The notes: generated by a model from the letters alone, not told the origin. A stretch of DNA of 63,995 nt, filler included, from Jimgerdemannia flammicorona (GCA_003990765.1; 3 parts of 3 records of this genome joined end to end with filler, not necessarily neighbours in it); one strand, 5' to 3'; shown: positions 25,606-40,400, numbered from the whole stretch's first letter. Made by a program: numbers and translations.

Positions 25606-28600
25606 GAAAGCAGCAATTGACTATTGTATATAGATTGACCAATATACCACTAAACACCAACAAGAAATCTTAGAATATTTTGCTGCTTTTAACAAAGTAA
25701 CTGGGGCTCAAGCCAAACTATACTAACCCCCAATCATATAATTTGCCTACATTGAGCCAGGCACATTACATTTGGAAGCTCAATTGAGAAGATTTCAAAT
25801 TGATGTAACTTTTTAGCTTACAAGAACCCACAGTCAAACTGGATATATTTGATAAAACACCAATCTCTACTACTATAGGAGAACCAGTCATTATCAGCAT
25901 TTGGACAGAAAGAGAAGTAATTACTTCAAGACATGCCAACTACCTAGTTTCAGAAAGATCTCAACAGAAAGCCAGCATAGCATAACATCTCTAGCAATTA
26001 TCAACACACTTATTACTAAATCAACCAGATCAACCAGATTATACAGACAGCCCTGCCAGAGTCTTTAGTGAGCTTACACAACAACTTAAAGACTTCATTG
26101 AACAAGCCTGATTTCCTTCAGAGGTTCCACCAATTTCATCCATTGAACCTCTACCACCAGCTGTCACAGAACAAGAAGACTAAGGAGTGGCTCTTTCAAG
26201 GATAGCCAGACCTATTCTACCTCATCCAAGATCTCCAACACTATCCTCAGGATATCCAAGTATCTCAAACTCTAGTAATAATTCAGAAGGTGAATCAGAA
26301 TTAGTACTAGGATCAGAACCAGAACTAGAATCAGAAGACAGCAATGATGAAATGGCTACTCTATTACTAACATTTGCAGGATACCCTAAAGAAGTCCCAA
26401 GGGAATTCCTTGATAGAATCAAAGGAATTGCAGCTCTGAAGAATCTTTCTCTCAAAAGGAAAGTTGCCAACTATAAGAACCAACTCAGAGAACCAGCTAA
26501 AGGAATTTTCACCCAAGTAAGAAATGATCCAAACCAGACCTTAGAGTAGCCATCAATGCAGCACTAACTTGGCTAGCAGAGAATGAATCCATGATCCACT
26601 GGTATATTAAAAAGAATGCAGGAAATGAGACCTGCCATATGGCTCAAGAATCTATTATAAGAATGAAGATGAACCTTAGAGAATTGTCTAGAGCATTCTT
26701 TATAAGAATTCAAAAGAGAATATATGCTGCTGGATTCAATGCTATCAACTAAGACATCATAGGTCCAATGACCTTTATGAATAGAATTCCCCCAAACATT
26801 GCTCAGAATATCTGCACTCTAGGTATCAGAAGATCTGAGGAACAAGTAGATGCAGTTTAAGGATTTTTTGATATCAGACAAGGAACTACTTAGAGGGACC
26901 ATTAAAAGAAGAATAACAAAGAAGGCATTCTGGTCAAAGCCCTACAAGGACTCCTCCAAGTACAAGAAAGATCTGAGGAAAGAAAGTCAGCCAAAGAATA
27001 GAAGAAGGGTAGAAGTGAAGTTCAAGACTTCAGTTTCAAGTTAGATTGATAGGTTGGATAAATTGAAAAACTTACCACATGTGAAAATCAGAGCTACCTA
27101 CAAAATATCAGAGGGTATATACTACAAAGAAACCAAGGTTATCCACTTAGAGATAATAGGAGCTATCAGTAAGAAGAAAGAAGATACTCTGTCTGGAACA
27201 AAGCCCAAGTCCAATACATCTACTGTAGACAATTCAGACACTATGCCACTAAACATGACAACAAAAGAAGTGACTGAAGGGACTCAGAATTACCAAACTG
27301 AAGAAATGAAACTCAGTAAGAAGACTGAAGCCCACTCTGTTAAAGATCTTGAAGAAGAAAGCAACAGTGAAGACTATAGTGACCTGGACTTACACCCAGC
27401 CAAAGTCATTATCAGTAAGACAGTCTATCTAGCAGAGAAAAGAAAGAGACCAGTGGGAAGACCATCCAGGAATACCAGCAGAAGAATTCAAGAGAAAGAT
27501 AAAGAACATAAAGAGGAGTAAGATGAACAGGAACCTGCTGCACCAAAGCCTAAGAAGTAGTATACTCTAAAGATAATACCCAGAGACATCTACAATGAAG
27601 TCTGGCAGAAAATCCAAGAAGCCAAGATGGAAGTTCCTCTCCTGCAGTTTCTGCAACTAATACTAGCTAGAGTCTGAAATAAGTTACTAAGAACCACTAG
27701 GTCTAGTACTGGCTGAGTCTCAATTCCACAACAAGAACTAACTCCCACCCCTATTCAAGCTATAGAGAGATATGGCAGCACCTACTTATATAGCAATATT
27801 GGAGGGCAAATGGTGAAAAATCTTATAGATACAGGAGCTGCTGTCTATATCATTGATAAACAATTTCTAGATACCCTTCAATGGCCCATTGATGGACCAT
27901 CTAACCTCAGTATTATCATAGCAGATAGAGCCCAAACCCAACCCCTTGGGAAAGTTTGAAACATCACTATCTCTCTTAGACACATTCAGTTTTCCATTCT
28001 AAAAGCTATTATTACTAAAGCTGTTACCTATAATATAATTCTTAGTATCAACTGGATGAAGGAAATGAATGCAGTTGTTGATATTGATCAATAAGTACTC
28101 AAGTTTGACTACTGAGGCAAAAAGTATACAGTTAAAGTGACTAGCTATAAGCAATTGAAGATAAAGAAGAAGGTCACTATCTAGAAAAAATATACTAACA
28201 GTAAAGAATCAACTACAGAATAAGAAGAAGAATATGAAGATAAAAATAATTCCAGACTCAATCCATGAATCAACCTGGTAGATGATAGGCCAGAAGACAA
28301 TGTGTGGGCCAGAAATATCATCCCTATCATAATTGGAACTATTGCAGAACAGATCAAAGGATATCCCATCTGTCTCAAAAGACACAAGTGCCCTGAGCAC
28401 TCCACAAAGATCATTGGGACATGGAATTCGCCTGGGACAGCCTGCCTGAGTGCAGAAATAGAAAGAAGAAATGCAGAAATATTCCAAAGACACTTATAGC
28501 TGAAGCTACAGAAGTCAAAGCAATCTGGGGTCAAGAATCATCTGAGGGAGAAGAAACCCCTGAATAGGAGGTTCCTAAACAAGAAATATCTAAAGAAGAA

Positions 28601-29469
28601 GAGATCCCTGAACTTATTCTCTAGGGTGATCCTTACTAGATACCACCTGAAGATAATGACCCTTGGCATATTAAAGATGGACCCAGTATAATCCCCATTG
28701 TCCCAAAGCAAGAAACATATCAGGAAAAAGCCTTTCAGCTAGAAAGATGTCTACATCAAATGGTCTTCCACTCTCCTCAAGACTACTCCAGTGCCACCTA
28801 CTGGATCTATAAGAAAGATAGAGACCCTGAAGACCAGAACTCCCAACTATAATTATACCATCAACTATCTTCCAAGAAGTCACTATAAGGTCATAAAGTC
28901 GATTTAGAGGACAAGGTCTTTTTACCCAAACAGAAGTATATCTCTTAGCCACCCTTCTCCCAACTTATAACTAAGATGGATACATACCAATTCCTAAGAC
29001 AACAGGAGATTAATAGCTGGGAACAGCATTTTTGAGTAATAGAATATTGCAACCATGGATGACATCCAGACTGCTGAGACTGCACACACCAGAAGATTCA
29101 TCTTAGCGAAAATCTAGTGGTCCATATACTAAAAATAGAAGATAATAGAACTCAGAGTCAAAAAAGCCAGACAAGAAACCAGGAAGAAGGATTTTCGAGA
29201 TCTACAATTTGGGAGAAGAGATTGTAGCTCTCATCAGACATGCAATTTGCTGAGGATGGGTAGAAGATGCTACCAATTTTTTGGAAGCCCTATACTCTAC
29301 AGGAAAAAGAGAAATCAACTAGCTCTGAGATCTCTCTACTAGAGCCAGAGTGCCACACCTTAACCTCAGAGCTTGGAGACTTTCTGCCAGTGGAGCTTCA
29401 GCCCAAAGACAGCCCAAACTTAGCAAAGATATTGCCCAGTATATCCTGCTACATCTTAAGGCCAAACAC

Positions 29470-29830
29470 TAAACCAAAGCTCACCAGGAAGATGTAGGGT
29501 ATGATCTCTACAGTCTGGAGGATGAATATATCAAGCCTGGAAGAATATTGGTATTCAGAACTGGACTAGCCATGCAGCGATCCAAAGAAACTTACATCCA
29601 ACTGACCTTAAGGTCTGGACTTGCCAGACAAGGAGTAACTGTAGAAGGAGAAATCATAGATCCAGGATATATAGGCGAAATCAAGATCATCCTGCATAAC
29701 AGTCATATAGAATGGCACTGAATTCTTAAAGGACAGAAGATTACTCAAGCAGTCTTCATGAAAGTCAAGACTCTCCAATTACAAGAAGTCTCCAAACTGA
29801 CCAAAGAAATAAGTCAAGCTGAAGAATTTG
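29470..29830 (+). pseudogene. dUTPase domain within the gypsy A polyprotein
   Basis: VGYDLYS, RTGLAM, RSGLA, GEIIDPGYIGEIKIILHN and KGQKITQ correspond to trimeric dUTPase motifs I-IV. One in-frame TGA. Confidence 0.9.
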
Positions 29831-32704
29831 AAAGTTTAGATAAAAAGGAAGTACATCTCCTTCAGGTTAACTACCTCAAGAAGAATGATCCCCAGTGAGT
29901 ATATTACCAACCAGTCAAACTGCACAAGAATCTCATCCTGGAGCCTAGAGAGCAAAATACCTTCGAAATCTTTGCTCCACCTGATCCCCAAAATCTCTTC
30001 TTTGAACCTAATAAAGATATCCCAAATCTGAATATTGAAGGACATACATTCCCTGACAAGATGAATCCAATACACTCCTGAGCAATCAACCAGAGCTGGG
30101 AAAACATTATCTTGCTAAAAGAAACCATCATTGGACATTTAGTGCTTTTTCCCAACCAAACTCACAGAGAAGTCTATGAGCTAAACTTATCAGGAAATGG
30201 AAAAAGATCTCAGAAGAAAGGAAAGACCTCTCTGCAACCTAGGAGACAGTAAAGCCTTCCACCAACATTAGAGAAGAATTGACACCTCAGCAATAGTAAT
30301 AGCTAGTAGAACTCCTCAAAAAATATCAAGATATCTCCACTACTGATTATGGTAATCTGCCATACAATTCATCATACCACTATAGTAAAAATATAGCAAA
30401 TGTAACATCTATCTGGCAGAAATCCTAGAGAATATCCCATTACCTGAAGATCTTCAAAAAGGAATATATTTAAGAACTCTTAGACAATGGAGTTATCAGA
30501 CCATCTGCTAGCCCTTGAGCCAGCCCTATACTTATTATACCAAAGAAAGGAGGATGGAGACTCTGTATAGACAACAGGAAACTCAATTTAGTTACAGAAA
30601 AGAGTATCTATCCTTTGCCCAGAATTGATGATCTCTTAGACAGTTACAAGATATCAGATACTTTAGCATTATGGACCTTTTTGCAGAATTTCACAAGATC
30701 TCTATAGACCCCAAGGTCATTCTAAAAACAGTCTTTCTTATACTAGGAAAACTGTTGGAATATCTCCAAATATCCTTTAGACTTTGTAATGAACATCCCA
30801 CCTTCCAGAGAATGATGAACTCAGTCTATAGCCAATTGATCTACTACTGCCTAATTGTATATATGGATAATTCTAATATCTATTCAGCAAATTTTGAGGA
30901 ACTACCTAGAAGAATTCTTCAAGCTCACTTATAAGAACCACCTAAGACTCAATGGCAAGAAATGCTACTTTGGAAAACAGAAACTTGAATTCCTTAGATT
31001 CATAGTTTTGAAAAAAGAAATCCATATAGATTTAAAGAAAACTGAGAAGATCAACAATTGGCCAGTACCCAAGACCTTTAAGGAAATACTATTATTTCTG
31101 ATGCTAGTGTTCTACTACAGAAGATTTATCAAGGACTTTGCCCAAATTACTACCCTAATCTGAATCCTTCACAAGAAAGGAGTATCCTATAAATAGACAG
31201 AATTATAGAAAAAACATTCAAAGAACTTAAGCACTACATTACTACAGTACTAATCCTTATTTGGCCCAATTTATAGAAGCCATTTATCTTGTATACAGAT
31301 GCCTCCAAAGATGGCCTTTGAGCAGTTCTAGTCCAAGAAGGATCTGAACAACAGCACTATAAAATAGCTTATGCAAGCTAAGCAATCAATTAGCAGCAGA
31401 TCAACTATGGTAGCACTAAATTGGAATTCCTTGCAGACATTTGGACAGTTATCCAGTTCAGGCATTATCTTATCAGAAAAAGATTTACCCTGATAACTGA
31501 CTATATAGCCCTCAAATAACTATTCAACTAAAGGAACCTACTGGAATCTTGGTCTGCTGGTTCCTCATCCTTCAAGATCATAAAATCACCATCATTCTCA
31601 AAGCAGAGAAAGCTCACAACAATATTGATGTACTTTTCCACCAACTCCAATAAATCAGAAGAAGGGTATACTAAGGAACTATACTCTAAAGGAAACTCCT
31701 TTGACCATCAAAGCACAAGAAGATCTCATCCAAAAATAACACCAGAAAGCCTGCCAAGGACAGATAAATATATATAGAAGAAAAACTGCAAATAATACAC
31801 CACCATTGATCCAATCTCAGAATACAAGTCCAAGACATACTCAAGAAATGTGATATCTGCCAAAAGTATAAAGGGAAGAAGAATTATCAAATACCATTAT
31901 AACTAAACATATCACTAGATAACATCTTCCAAAGGTGTAGAGTAGATATAATTAGATCTTTATCAATTATACCAAGAAGGAACAAGTACATCCATGTATT
32001 TGTAAAACATCTAACCAAGTGGCCTAAAGCTTTTTCAATAGAAATCACAGTGCCTTGACCATTATAGACCTCTTCTATTTAGATATAGACCTCCAGAAGA
32101 ACTTATCTCTAACCAAGGCACCAAATTCATCAATAATATAATTATAAGTTATATCTAAATTCACAAGATCCATTACAAACAGACCACATCATACTACCCT
32201 CAACCAATGGTGTGATAGAACAAATGAACCAGACCATCAAGAAAGAACTTATCTGAATCAATCCTACTAACTAGGACCTCTGCTTACCTGAGATTCTATG
32301 GGAAATTCAGAACACCCCTACTGTCTCTATCAAACAAAAGCCTTTCAAGATGATGTTTGCAAAGAAAACCAGAACTACTTATCATGAGAATCTTGGAGAT
32401 CTCCTCAAGAAGGCAGAACAGTTATATAATCAAGCCCAAGTTCAGATTATTAAGGTCTAAGAGAGACAAAAGAAGTATTATGACCAGAAGCAGAAGGATC
32501 AGAAGATTAAGATTGGAGATCAAGTACTAGTTTGGAGATGTATAATTGAAACAAACTTCACCACCAAACTGAAATCTAAATGGGAAGGACCTTATCTTGT
32601 ATATAATATCAGAGAACCCAGTATCTATTTAAGAAGTATAGATGGATAAACTCTAAGGACACTAGTATATATCAACTGCCTCAAGATATATCTCTCCCCT
32701 TATT

Positions 32705-33220
32705 ATAAACTAGACAATTGACCAGTGTCTCCAGACTCTTGTCCTAAGTTCATTCTAATTACTTCCAGTTCCTCTTACACGATTCCACTAAGCCAATGGA
32801 AACCCCCTCTAATAAATCTAGACCCATTAGGAGAACCTCACCTTGGTCAGACATTTACTATAAGTCTACCAGCTACAGGTCTACTATGCAATTAGAGAAT
32901 AGTTGTAGAACTTTCCAGCCCCAGACCTAATCTATATTAGGAACTCCACTGATCTGACCTGGAAAAACACAACTGCTGCAGACAGATTATATACAATCTA
33001 CAAACAAAATACCCCAGACCTGATATAGGTATGTATAGTTATCTCTGAGTAATATACAATAAATGAATCTTATCACCTATCTGAGTATCATCAATTATGT
33101 TGAAATCCTGTTCTTGGAAGAAGAAGAAGAACCTGTTGAATTGAGTGACTCTAATCTAAATAAAGATAATAGTTCAGGTATTGATGCTGAAGATACTTAT
33201 ACTTATTAAGATAATGACTA
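32705..33220 (+). pseudogene. Accessory ORF3 of family A (between IN and PPT)
   Basis: Reading through TAA/TAG codons: ...YQLQVYYAIRE*L*NFP...TTAADRLYTIY..., followed by an acidic tail (frameshifted). Confidence 0.6.
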
Positions 33221-34466
33221 AAGGATAATCCAAGGACAGATCATCCTTTAGTAGGGGCTGATGTGATGAGTAGCAGAATTATACAGCTGAAATCATAAAT
33301 TAGCTATACACTATATCTAGTGCTCTAAGTAACCAAGACTGCCTTATGCATAATTAGTCAGAGATATCAGAAACAGTATATTTATCTATACCAGTCCAGT
33401 ATACTATACTAAGTCAGTTAACTGTACCAGTCCAGTACACTGTACTATTTAGATATTCTTATATTGATAGTAATCTATAATTAGCTACATAGTAACTATT
33501 AGCAACCATAACTGTATAAAATACTCCAGAGACAAGAGTGAATAAACCTCAGTCTGAAATTCAGAATACATTTTAACTCCAGTCCCCTTTCTAATATGAC
33601 GCTTTGGTTTGCTTATCAGATAAGCCTGAAGAATTTGAGTAAATCTGCCACTCAAGGAAGAGCTGCTATTTTCAAAAAAAAAGGTCCACCACCTTGTCAC
33701 AAAGCCAGTCTGTTGATACAACTTGTAGTGAGCTTGTTTATGCAAATGAAGCCAGTCTTGATGTAACTTTGCCAAGAAGAAGAGAATCTGAGTTATTATT
33801 CAAGGAGTCTGCTGATTTAGAAGAATCTACATCATTTACCATTTTCGAGTTATCTGCAATTCCCAGAGAGCCCACCTTAAGGAAACTTGCCACAAGCTAG
33901 TCTATCTGATACAACTTCACAGTAGAGCCAGTTCCTCTCTGATGTAACTCTATGCAAACGAAGCCAGTCTTTGATGTAACTTACCAGGAATCCACAATCC
34001 AAGCTATCTGAATTATCTGTGCCATCCAGGTTATTTCTTAGAAGAATCTGCCAATTCAGAAGAATCCATGTCAAACCGAGTTATTCAAGTTATCAAGTTA
34101 TCTGACATTTCCAGAGAAGCCTGCCAATTCAGGAGAATCCACACCAAACCAAGTCATTCAAATTATCTGCCAAATCTGCATAAGGAATACTGCCAAGTTC
34201 ATCATGCCAAGGTCATCATACAGAAATCACATACTCTTGGAGATTGTCACCTAAGAAGAAAACTGCCTAAGGAATTGTCTATATTCAAGAACCATCTCAA
34301 TAAGAAAATCGACTGTTATATCCAGATTGACTATTATACCACTAAATACCAACAAGGAATCTGAGAAAATTTTGTTGCTTTTAACAAAGTAACTGAGAGC
34401 TCATGCCAAACTACACCAACTCCCAACCTTGTAAATTGCCTCTATTGAGCCAGGCACATTATATTA

Positions 34467-37400
34467 GAGTAAATAAACATCAGATCAAAATAGTTCAAAG
34501 CAAAGAGAAATCTAGAGAACTAGTAAGCCTACAGATAAATATACTTTGAACTCACCCACCCCTACATTCCAAGGACTCTGCAGAGTTAAGGAAGATTAAG
34601 TTTTTAAGATACAGAAATCCAATATACTTTCACAGTTATACATCTACTATGTTACAACTTAGTGCCCATTGACTGGGGATTCAAGATGAATCCCTCACTT
34701 TTAAGCTGAACAATGAACAACTGCTACTGTCTAAACAACCATATAAACCAAATGAAGACATCTGAACAAGATAGATATAAGATCACCAGTATTTCACAGA
34801 TATACTTCAGATGAATCAATTATTACCTTCAATGATGATTTTGAGCAACATGCTGCTATAAGTATGCTGAAAGCAAGGTAGCAAGTAGCCCTCATGCTCT
34901 TTAGTCTCTAAGGCCCAGCAAGAGCAGCATTCACAGCTATAACTTATGTGAGAAATGATGATAATGCTCTACAGATAGTACAGAATATCTGGCTTAAAGC
35001 CACCTACTATATAGATGAGATCAAGCAAGCCCTAAAGGATTAGCTCAACACAACATTCCAAGGAATGAATGAGGATCTAAATATATTCTACACTAGAATT
35101 TAATATCGGATAATCCTTATAGATTATAATACTGCTATCTAAGACAAAGTAGTGAAGGCAACCTTTATAAAGAGAGTTTACCCTAAAATAGCCAGAGCTA
35201 TCTGCTCATCACTAGTAGTCCTGGATCTGGTACAGAAGGTCACCTATGCTCAGCAATACTGGATAGCCAGATATTCACAAGACTACACAATGGAAAGAGT
35301 CACTGGCATCAGAATTGAAGCACTCAAGACAACTAGTGTCATTCCCACTACAGTGATCAATCAAAACACCTCAGCCAAGAGCTACTGAGCAGTAAAGAAA
35401 CAGTGACCCTATGGAGAAACTATCTAAGAAGTTAGCTGAAATGACCACCCACTTAGGAGATATAGTAAAGAAATCATAGAAAAAGTTCATCACCCATTTC
35501 GGAAGTTTGTCATTACCTCAGACAAGAAGAGGTATCTGCTATAGGAAGACAACTACTTATATGAATATATAAGTAAAACTAAATATAAGGCTCAACTAAG
35601 TAATGCTATATAAAATAGAGAACAAGCCAATACTATCACTTTTGAAGAGAGTGGAGAATCTGATAAAGAAGAATAGAAGACCTACTCTGTACAGACCACT
35701 AAGGATGTTTATAAGAAACCCTACAAGAGACCACCAGGGAGACTTAAGAAGAACCTAGTGGAGATATAGATGGAAACTACAACAGAAAGCCAAGCTGAAG
35801 AAATGGATCAAGACATGGAACTCAAGCAAGTAGTTCAAGATATTATCTGAGAAACTACCTCAGTCCCAGTCAGTAAAGGAGAAAAGGAAAAGAACCTTAA
35901 CAAAACTAAGACCTCAAGTATGATATCTTTAAGGACCTTAGCTAATAAAAGGTCAATAGAACCTTTGGCCAGCTGGTAGAAATTTCTATATTCAGACAGC
36001 AAATGAGATTTGGACTGACTGAAACAACTAAATAGCAAGGTTGGAAGATAACTGAGGCTAACAATGTTCAAGAAGACTCAAGAGAAGAAAGTGAAGATAA
36101 TTGCAAGATCTGCTATATAATCTGTCAAATTGAAGATAGAATCTTCAAGGTCATCATTGATACTGGAGCAGAAGGATGCCTCCTCAGCAAGAAAGCATCA
36201 GACTGCCTAAGTTGGGAGATTAAAGAAGCAACCAAGTTGGTATTTGTCACAGTAGATAGAATAAGAGCCATACCTCTTAGAAAGAGCTGAGCTATCTCTA
36301 TCAAGTTTGGAGAAGCAATCATCTTAGTAGATGTCATTATAACCAATGCAACCAACTATGACATTCTGATCAGCAATCAATGGCTTCATAAAGCCAGGGC
36401 AATAATCAATCTAAATTCCCAGAAGATACAAATTCCTATCAATGTCAACAAAGTAGTACTCTCTGAAATAGAGAAAGAAGAGAGTGAGCAAGAAGAAGCC
36501 TATATGGGGACTACTCAGAAAAAGAAGAAGAAAGTTGAATGGATCAGTAAAGAAGACTGGTATAAGAAGATTACAGGAGAATATACACTATAAGGAGTCT
36601 ACTCTCATGGAATTAAGATGTACTATATGGAGTATATCAATGATTGCTATCAGTATACTAGTGGAATCAAGAAGATCTACTATGAAAAAAGACAGAATAC
36701 TCTAGAGAAACAAGTAAGAGAAGAGAAGGAGGAGGAAGAGAATGACTAATTACCAGCTCTCCTGAAAGATAGTGATGATAAAGAGGAGATTAAGGTCAAG
36801 ATTTGGAAATCTACAAGAGTCAGAAAATGTAGCAGAAATGGATATCACTATTGTAGAAGAAATCATTCTTAAGGGCCAGATAACTCTGGAGATTACTATT
36901 CTAAAAGACAATATTGGAATCCTCAAGACAAGATATAGTCTGGCCAAGAGTGAAGAAGGAATCATTGATTTATAATATATTAAAGAAATACTACTTATTG
37001 CTAGAAACTACAACTCTATAATTTCATTTCCAATTAAGAAGAAGGACTGACTGACACAGATGTTAATCTTCTCAGTCCCATGACCAAAGATCATAGAAGA
37101 TAAGAAGTTGGAGGAAACAAAGGGAGGAAGGAAAGAATTTGGATCTATAGAAAGAAGATTATTCTCTAGTACTAATTTTACCAAGCTGAATTACAAGAAG
37201 GAAACCACAAACAAGTATAGCTATAAAATTGGAAATAAATTCCCACTCCAGAAAGAACTTAAGAAGATACTCTATGAATTTGATGATGTTCTAGCAATAG
37301 ATTTCAAGGATATCAAAGGAAAGACTCTACACTCCTATCATAATACAGACATGGGGGACTTCAAACCAATCTACCAAAAAGCAAGGCCAATACTACCAGC

Positions 37401-40400
37401 CTACCATGAATAGCTCAGAGAAGAAATCAAGCAGATAGAAGAAGTTGGTATCATCAAAGAAGCCAGTAGCCCTTGTGTTTCACCAGTTGTATTAGCTCTG
37501 AAGAAAGGAAGCAAACCAGGAGAATTTGTCCTAAGGCTCTGCACTGATTATAGGAATCTCAACCTGATTACTAAGAAGGACCACCAATTACTACCTCTCA
37601 TTAGCAATATTCTTGTAATCTTAAGAGATGAAGCATAGTACTATAGTATCTTAGACTTATATTCAGGATTCTATCAAATTGGTCTCACAGAAGCAGCAAG
37701 TAAGAAGTCAGCCTTCATCACCCCAGACAGAACCTATGTCTACCTTTAAATACCATAATATATTAGCAAGATTTTAGTGAATAATGAATAAAATCTTCTG
37801 CTACTATATGGAAAGATGAATGATAGTTATATGGATGATGTGATTATCTAGAGCAAGATAGCTGAAGAATATCTGCAGTATATCCAGCAGATAATGGAGA
37901 AGCTAAGGAAATATGGTCTTTACATCAAGCCCAAGAAGTGTAAGTTTGCAGAAATTGAGATCTTCTATCTTAGCCATATCATTAACTGAAATGGAACACA
38001 CACAGACCCTCTCAAGATTCAAACCATAGTAGTGTACCCAAGGCCCACAATTATCACTGATGCCCAAGCCTTTATGGAACTCACCTCATACTACTACAGA
38101 TTTATCAAAGGATTCTCTAACATTGCAATCTCAATCTATGAAATCAACAAGAAGAATAGTAAGTTCTAGTAGACAGGCAGACAACAAAAAGCATTCAATA
38201 AACTCAAGATTAGACTGACCAAAGCACCCATCCTCAGAAGACCTGATTGGACTCAAGAATTTATTCTGCAGACAGATACAAGTGCATAAGGACAAGGAGC
38301 TATCCTGGCCTAGAAGAAAGATAAAGTAAAGTATATTATAGCCAAGAAATCCAAGAGGCAGCAAAGAAATTTGAATCCTATAAGTTGGATTATCTCACAG
38401 TCATCTGGGCTATATAAAAGTTCTACTACTATCTTGCTGGAAGACACTTCACTATTCAGACAGATTATTCAGCCCTCACCTAGCTACTGACCATTGGACA
38501 ACCCAAAGGAATCTATGTCAGATAGATTATGAAGTTGTAGGCCTATGATGTAGCCATTGTATACTATTTTAGAAGAACCAATGTCAATATAGATGCACTC
38601 TTACAAATACTCTGAAGGACACTCAACCAACAAATAAATAGTGAATAAGAAGCTTTACTATAGAATTATCACCTATCTGAGATAGCAAAAGATACCCCAA
38701 CAACTAAAAGATGGACATAAATAATTATCAATAGAACATTGAAACAATTTAATACTGATAGAGAAATATTAAAGAAAGGAAAGCTACTAGTCATATCAGA
38801 ATGCAAGAAGGAGCAAGCAATGAAATCAGTACATAAACTTGGCCATCTAGAAGGAATGAATACTTATGAAAAAGCAAGAAGAACAATATATTTATCAGAA
38901 ATAGAAGATATTAGACAATTTGTCAAGATCTGTGATAAATACCAGAAATAGAAACAAGACCAACAAAATCAGACCCCAGGATCAGCACACATAGAACTAA
39001 TACTCTTTACACATATTGCAATAGATATAATTGGCCCTCTACTCTTGACTTTAACTTATAACTAATACATATTCATTATTGTAGACCTTTTTATAAAATA
39101 GATAGAGGTAGAATATCTCAAAGAAGCCAATATACAGTTATTTACTGATTTCTTCTACAAAGAAATTATATGCCAATTCAAGACCTCATTGCAAGTAACT
39201 ACAGACAGAGGAATAGAATTCATGAACCATTTTTTTAAAGTTCTCTACAAGAAGTACAAGATCCAGCATATTCAGACTACAGCATATTACTCTCAGAGAA
39301 ATGGACAAGCAGAAAGAACTAATAATACTCTTAAGAATATTATCACCAAGATCTGCAATAACTACAAAAATTAGGATAACTATCTGCCAATAGTATTATC
39401 CACTCTTTAGGATATCTGATCACAAAGTACCCATTTTATTTCTAGAGAAATACTGTTTAGAGAAGAAAGTTCCAAAGAAACTATATCATTCAATAGAGAT
39501 GCTATATAGAAACATGTAGATATAGAGATATGGAGACTATACTAAATCAGAAAGAAGGCTAAAGATTATATAACCAAGGTACAGGTTATAATAGAATAAT
39601 ATAGAAAAGATTCACAAACTTCTGGAGATTATCAAGATAGGAGACAAAGTTCTAGTATATTGATATATAGTAGAAGCTTCATGGTTACAAAAACTAGAGC
39701 CTAAGTGGGGAGGACCTTACCTGATACAAGATATGAAAGGAACCACATTTTGGCTATGAAAACTCTCTCATATAATCATCCTCCATACCATCTACTAAAA
39801 CTGATACAAGAAGTATCATGGCTAACAAACTAAGTACTGCTGCAGTCCTCAAGATAACCAGTGCTGCCCAAAGTACTATAGAAAGACAATGGTATACTAC
39901 TGAGCCACCCTCTATGGAATAGTATCCAGAGCATAGTCCCAATATACTTATTGTGAATTTCACATTTCAAGATCTACCAGAACTGGACCAAGTTTCAAGA
40001 ATACTTCAGTTAGGACAGCTACTGAATGTGCAGCTAGAGATAGGAAAAGAAGACTAGATTAGCAAGTGTCAGCTCTCTTATACTTAGATTACAATCACTA
40101 AATAAGTTAATAAGTTATTCGAAGATAATAAGCCAGCTATAGCTCATTTCTGAGAAGTAGTCCCAGGAGACTTTGGATATATTAAGAGTTATTATTGAGA
40201 GAGTATAATGATACAAATCATATAGTACAAGGAGATAAAACTTATGTAAGCTTAGGAGTTCTAGTAAATAGGATATTACAGAGACAAATCACCTATTCAG
40301 GAGGAAGTTGTGACAGTTAATCCAAATTAGAAACATGAATCAGAGGAATAGATATTTGATCATAGTATCTGAATCCAATTCCCTAATATAGTATAGCCTT

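Larger units (their letters stand above)
25614..34463 (+). mobile_element. Ty3/gypsy LTR retrotransposon family A (gag-PR-dUTPase-RT-RH-IN-ORF3), decayed
   Basis: 5' LTR remnant 25614-25770 matches the end of the 3' LTR 33262-34463. PBS-like TGGAAGCTC at 25773; PR LIDTGA about 27820; [10 protein letters not shown] / YMDN about 30610-30870; RH YTDAS; IN with KWEGPY about 32580; PPT tagtaggggctga 33249-33261. Confidence 0.92.
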
